From NCBI GenBank assembly GCA_017626035.1, contig JAGAJR010000017.1:85628-149627 (forward strand): 64,000 bases of DNA, read 5' to 3'. The stretch is from Alphaproteobacteria bacterium (GTDB lineage Bacteria; Pseudomonadota; Alphaproteobacteria; RF32; CAG-239). Shown here piece after piece: positions 9,556-19,818 of this stretch. A program made the position numbers and the translations under genes. The notes beneath the pieces are model-generated. The model had not been told where the DNA came from and did not search any database. It saw nothing but the letters and a program-made list of their open reading frames with translations. How positions within the stretch are numbered: position 1 is the stretch's first letter; each line of letters starts with the position of its first letter.

Positions 9556-10863
9556 CTATAGTTTTATATCGGGAAGTTTTTTTCTTAATTTTGATAAGGC
9601 TGTTTCATCAATTTTTATGTTCAAAAGAATATCTTCATCTCGAAGTGTCTCTTCCTTTACATCGGCGTTTCGGTAAAGCCAGGACAACAGTTTTCCGTCC
9701 GCGGCAGGAACTGTTACGGATATTTCTTTGTGAGACAACGAAAGTTTTTCATCAATCAGTTTTAGAAAATCGGAGCACCCTTCTCCGCTGACTGCTGAAA
9801 GCGGAACAAGATTGCGGTTTCTTTCGGCATTTGAAAGCAAAGCCTTTTTTTCGGTTTCCTGAAGCAAGTCAATCTTGTTTTGCACTTCGATATAATTTTC
9901 TTTATGCTCAATTTCTTTCAATCCGAGATTATCCAAAACTTCAAGCACATCCTTCTTTTGTTCCAAAGTATCCGGATTAGCAATATCACGGACGTTTACG
10001 ACAATATCAGCCTCAAGGACTTCTTCCAAAGTCGCCCGGAAAGACATGATTAATTCATGAGGCAAATCCGAGATAAAACCGACGGTATCAGACAAGATGA
10101 CTTCCCTTCCCGACGGAAGCTTAATTCTCCGCATCGTCGGATCAAGAGTGGCAAAGAGTAAATTTTTTGCAAAAACATCCGCTTTGGATAGATAATTGAA
10201 TAAGGTCGATTTTCCGGCATTGGTATATCCTACCAAGGCAACGACGGGATAAGGGATTTTTTTGCGGGCACTTCGCTGCAATTCCCTGGTTTGTTTTACT
10301 TTTTGAAGTTCTTTTTTGATACGGACGATTTTATCGTCAATAATACGCCTGTCCAACTCTATCTGGGTTTCTCCGGGACCGCCGAGAAAACCCGCTCCGC
10401 CTCTTTGACGTTCCAAATGCGTCCAACTGCGGACAAGTCTGGAACGTTGATAAGTCAAATGAGCTAATTCGACTTGCAGGCTTCCTTCTTTGGTTTTTGC
10501 TCTTTCGCCAAAAATCTCCAATATCAAAGCAGTTCGGTCGATAACCTTACATTCCAGTTTTTTTTCCAAATTTCTTTGTTGAATCGGAGTGATTTTGGAA
10601 TCGACAATAACCAAATCAATTTTTTGTTCGGCAATTATCGCTTTTATTTTATCAATAAATCCCTGAGCAAAAAAAGTGGCCGGCTTTATATTTCGGAGTT
10701 TTACAATCTCACGACAGATAACTTCCAGATTGATTGCCAAAGCCAATCCGCAAGCTTCTTCAAGGCGGGCTTGTGCCGAAAGCCTGACATCGGAATCTAC
10801 AATATCCGGAAAAATGACACATGCTTTGTGTCTGGTATGTTTATTTAATTCAATCTGAGACAA
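9556..10863 (-). CDS. hflX: GTPase HflX
   Basis: 435 aa with G1 GYTNAGKST, G3 DTVGF and G4 NKID motifs. It sits immediately downstream of hfq, the conserved hfq-hflX pair. Confidence 0.9.
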   Translation of the reverse strand: MSQIELNKHTRHKACVIFPDIVDSDVRLSAQARLEEACGLALAINLEVICREIVKLRNIKPATFFAQGFIDKIKAIIAEQKIDLVIVDSKITPIQQRNLEKKLECKVIDRTALILEIFGERAKTKEGSLQVELAHLTYQRSRLVRSWTHLERQRGGAGFLGGPGETQIELDRRIIDDKIVRIKKELQKVKQTRELQRSARKKIPYPVVALVGYTNAGKSTLFNYLSKADVFAKNLLFATLDPTMRRIKLPSGREVILSDTVGFISDLPHELIMSFRATLEEVLEADIVVNVRDIANPDTLEQKKDVLEVLDNLGLKEIEHKENYIEVQNKIDLLQETEKKALLSNAERNRNLVPLSAVSGEGCSDFLKLIDEKLSLSHKEISVTVPAADGKLLSWLYRNADVKEETLRDEDILLNIKIDETALSKLRKKLPDIKL

Positions 10864-10865
10864 TA

Positions 10866-11090
10866 CTATTCTTCAGGAATGGCAATATCTATCGGAGTGC
10901 TCGGCATGATGGTTGAAATTGCATGCTTGTAGATAAGCTGCGTATGTCCGTCTCTTCTTAAAAGCAGGGAAAAACTGTCAAACCAGGTAATCAGCCCTTG
11001 AAGCTTTACACCGTTTACCAAAAAAACGGTAACTGACACTTTGTTTTTTCTGATATCATTCAAAAAATCATCCTGAACATTTTGCGACAT
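10866..11090 (-). CDS. hfq: RNA chaperone Hfq
   Basis: 74 aa Sm-like protein, …[44 protein letters not shown]…. Confidence 0.9.
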   Translation of the reverse strand: MSQNVQDDFLNDIRKNKVSVTVFLVNGVKLQGLITWFDSFSLLLRRDGHTQLIYKHAISTIMPSTPIDIAIPEE

Positions 11091-11150
11091 AGGTAATATC
11101 CTTTTATTTTTAATTAATTTTATGATTACAGTTAACCCTATTTTGTTTTA

Positions 11151-11789
11151 TTAGTAAAGCATAGATTGTATTAAGGGGATAAATTCAGCTAAAGATTCAA
11201 GCTTGTAATCCGCTTTTATGCCGCGATAAGCCCGTCCGCTTTTGATGATAACGCAGCTGCAATTCCATACTTTGGCCATTTTTATATCCGTCGGAGAATC
11301 TCCAACTACCAGAATTTCGTTACTTTGAGGAATATTATTGTCAAACAAAGCAAAGCATGGTTCTTTGGCCGGTTTGTCAATGGCATATTCTCCGGCTCCG
11401 CTGATTTTATAGAAATAACTGCTCCATCCGAGATGTTCCACTTCTTGTTTTAAAACATCGCTTTTTTTGTTGCTCAGAATGTAACACCGTAAACCGTTTT
11501 TAACACAAAAACGAATGACTTCTTCGGCATAGCGAAAAACTTCAAGCAATTCCAAATGATGTTTTTGGGTATATTCATAAAAAACTTTTTTGGCTTCTTC
11601 GCTGCGTTCTTTGCCAAAAACGGCGGCAAACACGCCCTGCCCCTCGCAATTTGAAGCAATATGGCGTATTTTATCATAAGAAATTGACGGAATTTGAAGT
11701 GTTTCAAACGTGTGGTTAAATGTTTTTTCCAAAAAAGGCACGGTATTTACTAATGTTCCGTCCCAGTCAAATACAATATGTTTTATCAT
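11151..11789 (-). CDS. HAD-IA family hydrolase (phosphoglycolate phosphatase-like)
   Basis: MIKHIVFDWDGTLVNT (motif I) and …VVGDSPTDIKMAK (motif III/IV). Confidence 0.65.
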   Translation of the reverse strand: MIKHIVFDWDGTLVNTVPFLEKTFNHTFETLQIPSISYDKIRHIASNCEGQGVFAAVFGKERSEEAKKVFYEYTQKHHLELLEVFRYAEEVIRFCVKNGLRCYILSNKKSDVLKQEVEHLGWSSYFYKISGAGEYAIDKPAKEPCFALFDNNIPQSNEILVVGDSPTDIKMAKVWNCSCVIIKSGRAYRGIKADYKLESLAEFIPLIQSMLY

Positions 11790-11798
11790 CAGTCCTCG

Positions 11799-13157
11799 TT
11801 ATGAAAATAATTTCTCGGCTCCTTTGATGTATTTTGACGTTACAAACAATATCAAAACATCTCCGGCGGCAAAGCGTATTTCTTCCAAATCATAGAGTAT
11901 TTCATTTCCGCGGACCAGAGCACAAATTTTACTGCTGCTCGGCAAATCCAATTCCGCAACATTTTTATTGATATTACGGCTTTCCTCGTCAATTTTTATC
12001 TCCCAAATTTCGCCAAAGCCGCGGCCGAGAGAATAAGCGTTGCTGATTTTGGCTTTGCGGAGTTCCTGCAAAATAGACGAGATGGTTACGGTTGAACGGT
12101 CAATAATGATGTTGTCGCCGATATTGTCAATCAGGTTATCATAAGAACGGGAATTAACCAAAGTTATGGTCGACGCCACGCCGTTTTTCTTTGCCAAAAG
12201 AGAAGCTAAGAGATTATCTTTATCTCTTCGGGTAATGGCAATGGTTGCGTCGGTATTTTCAATTCCGGCTTCGGTTAAAAGCGTATCGCTCATCATTTCG
12301 CCATACAAAACAATGGTATCGTTTAGTTTGTCTGCCAGTTTACGGGCTGATGAATCATCATTGTCAATGACTTTGCAACTTAGGATATTGTCATTGTTTT
12401 CCAAACTCTGGGCGATATAATATGTTATGTCGTTATCGCCAAAGATAATTATCTTTTCATTGGCATTGTGTTCCATTCCGAAATCATGAATCATACCGTC
12501 GATTTTATCTTCCGATACTAACAAATATAACATATCTTCCGGCAAAATCTCATCTTCTCCGGTTGGCAGGAAATGCTTTCCGTTTCTGACGATACTGACG
12601 AAAGCAACATCCAATTCCGGTGCTATCCGTTCCAGATGAACCAACGGCGTTTTAATCAAAGGACATTTTTCAGGACAACGAAAAGAGATTAAAAAAAGTT
12701 TTCGGCCGGCCAGCGGCAGAACTTGCGATGTTCCCGGAATTTTTAATATTTCGATAATGGCATTGGCAATGGCAATGTCAGGAGAAATAATCAAATCGAC
12801 CGGAATGTTGTTTTCATTGTATAAGGTAATATATTCCGGATCCAAGAAACCTTGGGAATCTATACGGGCAATTCTCTTTTCGATATTAAACAAAGAATAA
12901 GCCACCTGACAGGCCACCATATTAACCTCGTCGACATTGGTGGCGGCAATAATCATATCTGCCGTTTTGGCGGCGGCTTTTTCCAAAATATCCGGATTGG
13001 AAACGGAACCGACAATTGTCTGCAAATCAAATTCTTTGGATAACTCTTCCAATTTGCTGCTGTCTGTGTCGATAACAATAATGTCGTTATTGCCCTGGGT
13101 CAGATATCCGACAATACTTTTTCCGACATTTCCAGCTCCGCCGACGATGATTTTCAT
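11799..13157 (-). CDS. trkA: Trk potassium uptake system NAD-binding protein TrkA
   Basis: Start moved to MKIIVGGAGNVGKS (ATG 13155-13157), with AGGA 7 nt upstream and 4 nt after the dusB stop. There are two Rossmann GxGxxG motifs (GGAGNVG, second half ATNVDEVNM…). The track ORF extends 21 codons further into dusB. Confidence 0.8.
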   Translation of the reverse strand: MKIIVGGAGNVGKSIVGYLTQGNNDIIVIDTDSSKLEELSKEFDLQTIVGSVSNPDILEKAAAKTADMIIAATNVDEVNMVACQVAYSLFNIEKRIARIDSQGFLDPEYITLYNENNIPVDLIISPDIAIANAIIEILKIPGTSQVLPLAGRKLFLISFRCPEKCPLIKTPLVHLERIAPELDVAFVSIVRNGKHFLPTGEDEILPEDMLYLLVSEDKIDGMIHDFGMEHNANEKIIIFGDNDITYYIAQSLENNDNILSCKVIDNDDSSARKLADKLNDTIVLYGEMMSDTLLTEAGIENTDATIAITRRDKDNLLASLLAKKNGVASTITLVNSRSYDNLIDNIGDNIIIDRSTVTISSILQELRKAKISNAYSLGRGFGEIWEIKIDEESRNINKNVAELDLPSSSKICALVRGNEILYDLEEIRFAAGDVLILFVTSKYIKGAEKLFS

Positions 13158-13161
13158 TGTT

Positions 13162-14133
13162 TTATCCTGCTTGGCTGCAACTGTCAAAATACCGATGGAT
13201 TTCCGCCACAGCTTCTTCAAAATCGTTTATTGCGGTGTAATTTTCACGGAAACGTTTAGCCTCGTATAAATTTTTGGAATACCAGCAAACATATTTTCTG
13301 GAAATTTGAACCGCCATTCTTTCTCCATAATAAGAAACTAATTCTTTAATATGCGTTAACAAGGTTTCTTTTATTTGCGGCACCGGAATTTTTTCAGGGA
13401 GAATTCCGGTTTCCAGATAATTGTGAATTTGAGAAATCAGCCAAGGGTTGCCCAATGCTGCCCTTCCGACCATAACACCGTCGGCTTTTGTATAATCAAG
13501 CATTTGTTTGGCTTTTTCGGGGCCGGTTACGTCGCCGTTACCGATAACGGGTATTTTGACAGCTTGTTTTACGGCGGCAATAATATCCCAATCGGCCTCT
13601 CCGGAATAAAAATCACTGCGGGTGCGTCCGTGCACGGTTAGATAAGAAGCCCCCGAGCTTTCACACATCTTGGCGAACTCGACAGCATTAACGCTGTTAT
13701 GATCCCAGCCTTTGCGAAATTTGACGCTGACCATTAATTTGGTGTTTTTTTTAACACTCTCAATAATTTTTGAGGCCAGAAGCGTATCTCTCATCAAAGC
13801 AGAACCGGAATTATTGTTTACGATTTTTTTTACCGGACAGCCCATATTAATATCAATGGAATAAGCTCCCAGCTCTTCGGTCAGTTTGGCCGCTTCGGCA
13901 AAAACTTCAGGATCTCCGCCGACTAATTGGACAACAACGGGATATGGTTCGTCCCTGACATCGGCAATCCGATAACTTTTTGGATTTTTTCGCTGCATGG
14001 CATTTACGGCAGCCATTTCGGAAACCATTGTCCCTTTTCCCAAAGAAGAAACGAGTTTTCTCATCGGTTGGTCGGTAATTCCGGCCATGGGAGCCAAGAA
14101 CACATTACTTTTGAAGCCTAAGTCTGTTATCAT
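13162..14133 (-). CDS. dusB: tRNA-dihydrouridine synthase B
   Basis: …FLAPMAGITDQPMR…, VVQLVGGDPE, IDINMGCP, VKFRKGWD, and a conserved Cys/Lys region typical of Dus-family TIM-barrel flavoenzymes. Confidence 0.85.
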   Translation of the reverse strand: MITDLGFKSNVFLAPMAGITDQPMRKLVSSLGKGTMVSEMAAVNAMQRKNPKSYRIADVRDEPYPVVVQLVGGDPEVFAEAAKLTEELGAYSIDINMGCPVKKIVNNNSGSALMRDTLLASKIIESVKKNTKLMVSVKFRKGWDHNSVNAVEFAKMCESSGASYLTVHGRTRSDFYSGEADWDIIAAVKQAVKIPVIGNGDVTGPEKAKQMLDYTKADGVMVGRAALGNPWLISQIHNYLETGILPEKIPVPQIKETLLTHIKELVSYYGERMAVQISRKYVCWYSKNLYEAKRFRENYTAINDFEEAVAEIHRYFDSCSQAG

Positions 14134-14135
14134 TT

Positions 14136-14708
14136 TTAAATACTAAAATCAAAATTACGGTTAAATTGGTGGAAGAAATCCAAAACGACTTTATGTTCCG
14201 AATTTATGTTTAAGACATAATCGTAAATCCCGGTTATTTGCGATGCATTCAAGCCGTAAGCAAAATTTCCGCCGAAAGAATATGTGTTTTCTGTCAGTTT
14301 CTTTGCATTGCCATAAAGTTCGGCAACTTTTTCCGGAGCCGGTACTGACGTTGCCTCCGATAATGTTTCCTTAAAAGAAACTCTGTCATTTTCAGAAATA
14401 TCCTCGGCACCGGATGCCTCAGGATTTTCTTCATCCTGCCGGACGTTCTTGTTTTGTTGTTTGAGCTGTTCAGACTGCTGATTTTCCGACAAAAATTTAT
14501 GAATAGAATAAGAAAGCCCCGGCTGCAGATATGAAACGGCAAAACTATTGAGCGTAAAACCGTAAGGCGTGGATGCCGACGGGGTCTTTTCTTCGAAGGG
14601 TATCTGCTGAGTTTGATTTTTGGCTTTGATGTTATTAACCGACCGGGAAATTTCCGAGGTTATTTTCATAAAGTCAAAATTCAGGCTGTTTACAGATGCT
14701 GATACCAT
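14136..14708 (-). CDS. hypothetical protein (Q/E/N-rich, no recognisable domain)
   Basis: 190 aa ORF tightly packed between dusB and the giant coiled-coil gene (gaps 2 and 11 nt). Coding-like codon usage. Confidence 0.4.
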   Translation of the reverse strand: MVSASVNSLNFDFMKITSEISRSVNNIKAKNQTQQIPFEEKTPSASTPYGFTLNSFAVSYLQPGLSYSIHKFLSENQQSEQLKQQNKNVRQDEENPEASGAEDISENDRVSFKETLSEATSVPAPEKVAELYGNAKKLTENTYSFGGNFAYGLNASQITGIYDYVLNINSEHKVVLDFFHQFNRNFDFSI

Positions 14709-14719
14709 ATTTTATCCGT

Positions 14720-17700
14720 TTAATTCAGTTTATCCAAAGCTTTGGCCAAAATGAAATAGAGTTTTCCGATATCGGCTCCCGAAATAACGGAAAGCAAAAT
14801 CCCCGACCGTTCATTGCTTTTGGCTTTGGAAATAAGGGTTTCAAATTCTGCCAGATATTTATTGACAGTATTACGGAAGTCCAGATTTTTCTCAAACTCA
14901 TTGCGAACGGCAATAATTTGACTCCGGCTCATGGATTTTGCCAAGTATCTGACAAAAGCGGAGGTATCGCCGTTATAGTATTTCTTCCATAATTCATCTT
15001 CTGCGGCCGGATTGAAAATACGGTTAATATCGACGGCAAAAGTTTCAAGCTTTTCAATGATGTAAGACGCATCCTTGAGGAAAGTATCCGCCTGAATATT
15101 TTCATAACCGGACACTAAGGCTTTGATTTTGTTCTCTGCTTTTCCGGAAGTGTCGTTCAATACTTTCAACTGTTTATTGACAATATCGTTAAAACTTACG
15201 GATTTTTCAATAATGTCTTCACTCTTGTTATTAAACTCTTCCGTAGTTGAAACAATGGCGTTCATCACGTTGCTGACTTTTGTCAACGTATCATCCGTAG
15301 CGGCAACCAATACGCCGGATTGTTTCAGGAAGACTTCTCCCGAAGTGCGTATTTCATTGGAAATGCGTTCCGCATTGGTGGCTATTTCTCCGATAGTTGC
15401 CCGCAGTTTATCTCCCGCTGTTTCAAAATGCTTGGAACTCATCTTGGTAGCGTCTTCCAACTGCAAACTCAAAGTTTTCAAGTTCTCACCCAAGCCTTTG
15501 ACTTTATCATAAGCCTGATTAGCCCGATTTGACAACTGAATTGACGTATCGTTGAGAACAACATTGAAACATTCAACCAACTGCTTGGTATCTTCGGAAA
15601 TCTTAATCATCTTATCGCTTTGCTGGGTGATTAAATCGTTGATTTCGACCACTCCGGTGCTGGCTTCTGCGGTAACGGTATTAAAGTTCGCAATATATTG
15701 CTGATAATCTTTCATAACCGAGCCGACTTTTTGAGTCGAGGTAGCAACCGCCAAATCCAAATCTTCCGCAGATTGGCTGAGGGCCATGTTTACCTGTTCG
15801 ACGTTCTTTATTGAAACTTTAGAGGCTTTGGCTATGTCTTCGCCTACTTTCAGCAATCTGTCACCCAAAACATCAACCTCATAAGCAATTTTGGTTGACG
15901 TATCAAAGACTTTATCCGTGTTGTCTTTAAATTGGGCATTAATCTCGTTCATTTTGGCAGAGACTTCATTTGCCGTATCAGACAAATATTTGTATTGCTG
16001 AGCCAAAGACGCCTCACCCAAGCGGGTTTGGGTTGAAACAACGTTGACAATATCCGTCAGGCTTTCTTTCTGGTGTTCAAAGGTATCTTTAATCATATCA
16101 GCCTGAGCCCGAACCTTAACCAAAGCGACATCCAGATTTTTAATCTGTCCGTCCAAAGTCAGAGCTACATTTTTAGCTTCATTGTTCATTGTTTCGGAGG
16201 CGGTGTTTACCTGATTGCAATTATCCAAAATAGCTGCGGTTGTTTGTGCTCCCTCTTCCCGAATATCCTTAACAATACCGCTGAATTCGGACAAATTATT
16301 GCGGAAGGTATTGATAACCAGGTTAAGTTTTTCGCCGGCTTCGTTAACCAATTTTTCCAATATTTCTTTTTTCTCTGAAATGGAAATATCAATTTCAGAC
16401 AAGCGGTCAATTGATTTCATTGAGTTGGACACGACGGTTTCGGCTCTCTTATTGACATCTTCTTCCAGAAGAGCCATACGTGCCAAAACTCTGTCAGCAC
16501 TTTGTTCAATAACGGAAACCTGTTTTTTCAGAGAACCACCGATATTGGATGTGTTTTCAGAAAGCTTGTCGCAAATCTCAAAAAATTCATTTTCCTGATG
16601 CTTAAACAACAAATGAATTGCCTCGGCTTTTTCATCCAAAGCCTGAACCACATCCGACACATATCCCACCGTATTTTCGGCAACAGAATTTAACAAAGTT
16701 GACTGGGTTTCAAAAGAATTGGTTAGTTCATTAAATGTTTTACGAGTATTTTCCGTTGATGTGTCCACCAATTCCACTTGGTGAGCCAATGTTTGGGCAA
16801 TGTTTTCAGCCCGGTCGAAAACAGTTTGGGACAGGCTTTCCAATTTCTGATGCTGACCGTTCATAATATCTTCAAATTCCAAAGCTTTGGTCATGGTTTT
16901 ATTTGTTGAAGAATCAAATTCAAAAGCCTGAACCTGTAAATTGTCATTAAGGGCTTTTGTTTTATTGACGACTTCTTCCGAATATTTAAGGGTTTGTTCC
17001 ATCTGTCCCTTGAGATTGTTGACGGCACTGTCAGCCTCGTCGCTGAGAATAGCCGCTGCCCGACTGAGTTCGTCAATCTGGCGTTTTAACTCGCCTTTAA
17101 TTTCTTCAATCTTGGTAACGGAACCGGTAATATGCCGCTGCTGTTGAGCCAAAGACGCTTCGCCGATTTTGCTCTGAGCAACAACAATGGAAGAAGCTTC
17201 AACCAGTCCGTCGGTGTTTTTCTTCATAGTATCGGAAACTTCTTTGAAACTGTTAATTGAATTTTCCGTTTCACTGCGGATATTGTGTGCTTTATCGCTG
17301 ATTTCTTCACTCAGCAACTTCAAATTAGCGATAATATTTTCTGCGGATTTATTTATGTTATCCCGTTTTTCGGAAATATCGGCAATAACGGCTCCGGTTT
17401 TATCTGATGAGAGTTTGGCGGCATCGGAGAGTTTTACGGTGTTTTCTTCCAGACTTCCAATGACATCATTAATATCTGAAACGGCTTTTTCGGAAATGGA
17501 AGATAAAATGCTGACTTTGTTGCCGATGTTTTCTTCCACGGTATTCATTCTGTCGGCAATTACTTCGGAAACTCCGGTCAGTTCGCGAACCTGCATGGAG
17601 ATACTTTCTTCAATACCGCTCGCCCGAGCCAAAACTTTATCGACTTCAATACCGACTTTTTCGCCTTGTTCGGCAATTTTATCCGTGATGTAGTCTGCAT

Positions 17701-18724
17701 TTTTGGTCAGCCGCTCAATATGATCCAGAACCAATTTGCCCTGATCTTTCATAATACCGCTGATTTTGCCGACGCTGTTGTCCAAATCCTGCTGTATTTG
17801 CCGACAATTGTTCAAGGCACCGCCGGAAATTTGTTCAAGCCGCTCACTTTGAGAAGAAAGCATTTCTGAAACCTGAAGCATGTTTTGGTTGGATTTGTTA
17901 CTGAATTCCAACAGCATTTCATTGGATTTCAGCATTTTGTCATTATTGCTTTCCATCATATTTTGCAATAATGAGGAGGATGTCTTGATTTCTTGTATTC
18001 TCGGCAGTAAAATACTTGTCAATTCGCTCATGTTCTTTTGAATTTGGTTGGCTGTCGTTGAAAAATCAGCCGCATTATTTTTGAATTCTTCGGCTGCACC
18101 GGCCGTTTTTTCGTTTACATAATCAAAGCTGTTGATGAGCGTTTTAACGCCTTCCGTCATTTCACTCATCGTCTTTCCGGAATAATTATCCAAAACAGCA
18201 ACCAATTTGGCAAAATCTTCAACCCTGCCGCCCAGCTCTTCTTTGATTTTTGCCGTTTGTTCCGTTGCCAGTTTTGTTACTTCCTGCAATTCAATTACTT
18301 GTGAACGGATGGCATCCGCCATGGCTTTGGCCGTGCTGGCTCCGCCATCTTCCGGATAAACAAGCTGATTCATATAAGCCCGGAGGAAACGAGCTTCATT
18401 TTTGAAAGACGTGCCGCGGTCAATATAAGCCATAACAACCCAAATGATTGCCAAAGGCAATGTTACGCCTGCCAAAAAACCGCCGAACTCATCCGGCATC
18501 ATCAAAAACAGATTTGACCATCCGAAAAACTGGGTAATATAAATGATAACCACGGCAAACCAGATGACACTTACCCAAATCATTAACCGATGCAGGTTAT
18601 TGGTCAGCCAAGAAGAAGCGTTTTCTTCTTCCGCATAATTGATTTTGCTGTTTTCCGACATAAAATTAGGCAGATTTTGGTTGCTTTTTCTTTCTTCAGC
18701 AACATTTTGAGTCTGATTTGACAT
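14720..18724 (-). CDS. 1334-aa membrane-anchored coiled-coil protein with internal repeats
   Basis: Two predicted N-terminal TM helices (LMIWVSVIWFAVVIIYI, GFLAGVTLPLAIIWVVMAY) are followed by about 1100 aa of heptad-like E/K/Q/S/L-rich sequence with no Walker motif. The motif 'LGEASLAQQ' occurs twice (…SKIGEASLAQQQRHITGSV… and …TRLGEASLAQQYKYLSDTA…). There is a distinct C-terminal roughly 120 aa domain (…AEDELWKKYYNGDTSAFVRYLAKSM…). Confidence 0.6.
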   Translation of the reverse strand: MSNQTQNVAEERKSNQNLPNFMSENSKINYAEEENASSWLTNNLHRLMIWVSVIWFAVVIIYITQFFGWSNLFLMMPDEFGGFLAGVTLPLAIIWVVMAYIDRGTSFKNEARFLRAYMNQLVYPEDGGASTAKAMADAIRSQVIELQEVTKLATEQTAKIKEELGGRVEDFAKLVAVLDNYSGKTMSEMTEGVKTLINSFDYVNEKTAGAAEEFKNNAADFSTTANQIQKNMSELTSILLPRIQEIKTSSSLLQNMMESNNDKMLKSNEMLLEFSNKSNQNMLQVSEMLSSQSERLEQISGGALNNCRQIQQDLDNSVGKISGIMKDQGKLVLDHIERLTKNADYITDKIAEQGEKVGIEVDKVLARASGIEESISMQVRELTGVSEVIADRMNTVEENIGNKVSILSSISEKAVSDINDVIGSLEENTVKLSDAAKLSSDKTGAVIADISEKRDNINKSAENIIANLKLLSEEISDKAHNIRSETENSINSFKEVSDTMKKNTDGLVEASSIVVAQSKIGEASLAQQQRHITGSVTKIEEIKGELKRQIDELSRAAAILSDEADSAVNNLKGQMEQTLKYSEEVVNKTKALNDNLQVQAFEFDSSTNKTMTKALEFEDIMNGQHQKLESLSQTVFDRAENIAQTLAHQVELVDTSTENTRKTFNELTNSFETQSTLLNSVAENTVGYVSDVVQALDEKAEAIHLLFKHQENEFFEICDKLSENTSNIGGSLKKQVSVIEQSADRVLARMALLEEDVNKRAETVVSNSMKSIDRLSEIDISISEKKEILEKLVNEAGEKLNLVINTFRNNLSEFSGIVKDIREEGAQTTAAILDNCNQVNTASETMNNEAKNVALTLDGQIKNLDVALVKVRAQADMIKDTFEHQKESLTDIVNVVSTQTRLGEASLAQQYKYLSDTANEVSAKMNEINAQFKDNTDKVFDTSTKIAYEVDVLGDRLLKVGEDIAKASKVSIKNVEQVNMALSQSAEDLDLAVATSTQKVGSVMKDYQQYIANFNTVTAEASTGVVEINDLITQQSDKMIKISEDTKQLVECFNVVLNDTSIQLSNRANQAYDKVKGLGENLKTLSLQLEDATKMSSKHFETAGDKLRATIGEIATNAERISNEIRTSGEVFLKQSGVLVAATDDTLTKVSNVMNAIVSTTEEFNNKSEDIIEKSVSFNDIVNKQLKVLNDTSGKAENKIKALVSGYENIQADTFLKDASYIIEKLETFAVDINRIFNPAAEDELWKKYYNGDTSAFVRYLAKSMSRSQIIAVRNEFEKNLDFRNTVNKYLAEFETLISKAKSNERSGILLSVISGADIGKLYFILAKALDKLN

Positions 18725-18799
18725 AGATTTATTTTCCCCGGGTAAATCTAATAATGTTTTTAAACTGGGTTGAGTATAGCAAACTTTTTCAAATAGAAA

Positions 18800-18845
18800 A
18801 GGACAAACCCCTATTCTTTTTACTTATCCACAGGGGGTTGTGCAG
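18800..18845 (-). terminator. putative weak rho-independent terminator for the small gene ending at 18855
   Basis: Imperfect stem (aacccc…ggggtt) with a large loop, followed on the minus strand by a U-rich tract (uccuuuucuauuug). Confidence 0.3.
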
Positions 18846-18854
18846 GATTCCGGA

Positions 18855-19034
18855 CTATTCGTTTTCTTTCTTTTTAAGAAGATATTTCAACTTGTTTAAG
18901 GCCTGAAATTTCATCTGTTCTTCGGTTAAAGTAGCCGGCACGACCACCGTTGCTTCCGTTTGGGTTTCCGGTTCTATTGCCGTAACTTTCATATAACTGC
19001 CCGAGCGGACAAACTCAAATAAAATTTCGGTCAT
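18855..19034 (-). CDS. small conserved hypothetical protein
   Basis: About 59-64 aa (MTEILFEFVRSGSYMKVTAIEPETQTEATVVVPA…). Every candidate start overlaps the GNAT-like gene 3' end (19015), so the start is uncertain. Confidence 0.3.
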   Translation of the reverse strand: MTEILFEFVRSGSYMKVTAIEPETQTEATVVVPATLTEEQMKFQALNKLKYLLKKKENE

Positions 19035-19818
19035 ATTGTCCCGCCGCATACATCAAGTTGCTTTCCAGCCGTAACGTTTTGTTTTTATATTTAAAATCAT
19101 TTGTCTTGTTAAACAGAACTTTTTGCCGGCTGTCATCATATCCCCGAGCGACATATCCCTGCTCGATTAAACGGCTGACATTTTCAATGTCCATTTCGGC
19201 ATAAGAGAGTTCCTGCGGAATTTGAACCACATTAAAATTAACCTCTTTGCCGATTTCTTTAGCCATATAGATAACATGGCCGCCGTCATCAGGATCAACC
19301 GTAGCCTGCGTAATGCACATTCCGTTGCGAAACCCGTTGCGATAACTGTAAAAATTCTTAATATCGACCATGGTTACGGCATATTTTTTGTGATATTGCT
19401 GATATGCCACTTTTTGACGAACGGAATTCATAATTGAAGCCAGATTATTCCCTCTGTATTCCGGATTAACGGATGCCTGCTCCAATACGGCAATCCGGTT
19501 TGGTTCATAATCCAGGGCAAAATCCGGCAAAACATCGTCAATGTTATTTTCATTAACAAAATTTGCCGAAGCATAGCCAACCAGTTTGCCGTCAACAAAG
19601 GTCCCGATAAACAAGTTGTCCGGATTGTCTACCATTCTTTGAAAGTCGCTCATCTTTTTATGGTGGATAAAACATTCCTGCCCCGGTCTTAAATTGGCAA
19701 GAATAACTTTGTGGAGTTCATAAACATCGGCAACATCCTGTGAAGAGATGTGCCTGATAATGTATTTTTGATTATTTTTCATGAGTCTTCCGCTCATAAT
19801 TACGGCTTCTGAAGACAT
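19015..19818 (-). CDS. GNAT-fold acyltransferase-like protein
   Basis: …VLEQASVNPEYRGNNLASIMNSV… resembles the GNAT acyl-CoA binding motif (Q/R-x-x-G-x-G/A). 267 aa. Confidence 0.45.
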   Translation of the reverse strand: MSSEAVIMSGRLMKNNQKYIIRHISSQDVADVYELHKVILANLRPGQECFIHHKKMSDFQRMVDNPDNLFIGTFVDGKLVGYASANFVNENNIDDVLPDFALDYEPNRIAVLEQASVNPEYRGNNLASIMNSVRQKVAYQQYHKKYAVTMVDIKNFYSYRNGFRNGMCITQATVDPDDGGHVIYMAKEIGKEVNFNVVQIPQELSYAEMDIENVSRLIEQGYVARGYDDSRQKVLFNKTNDFKYKNKTLRLESNLMYAAGQYDRNFI

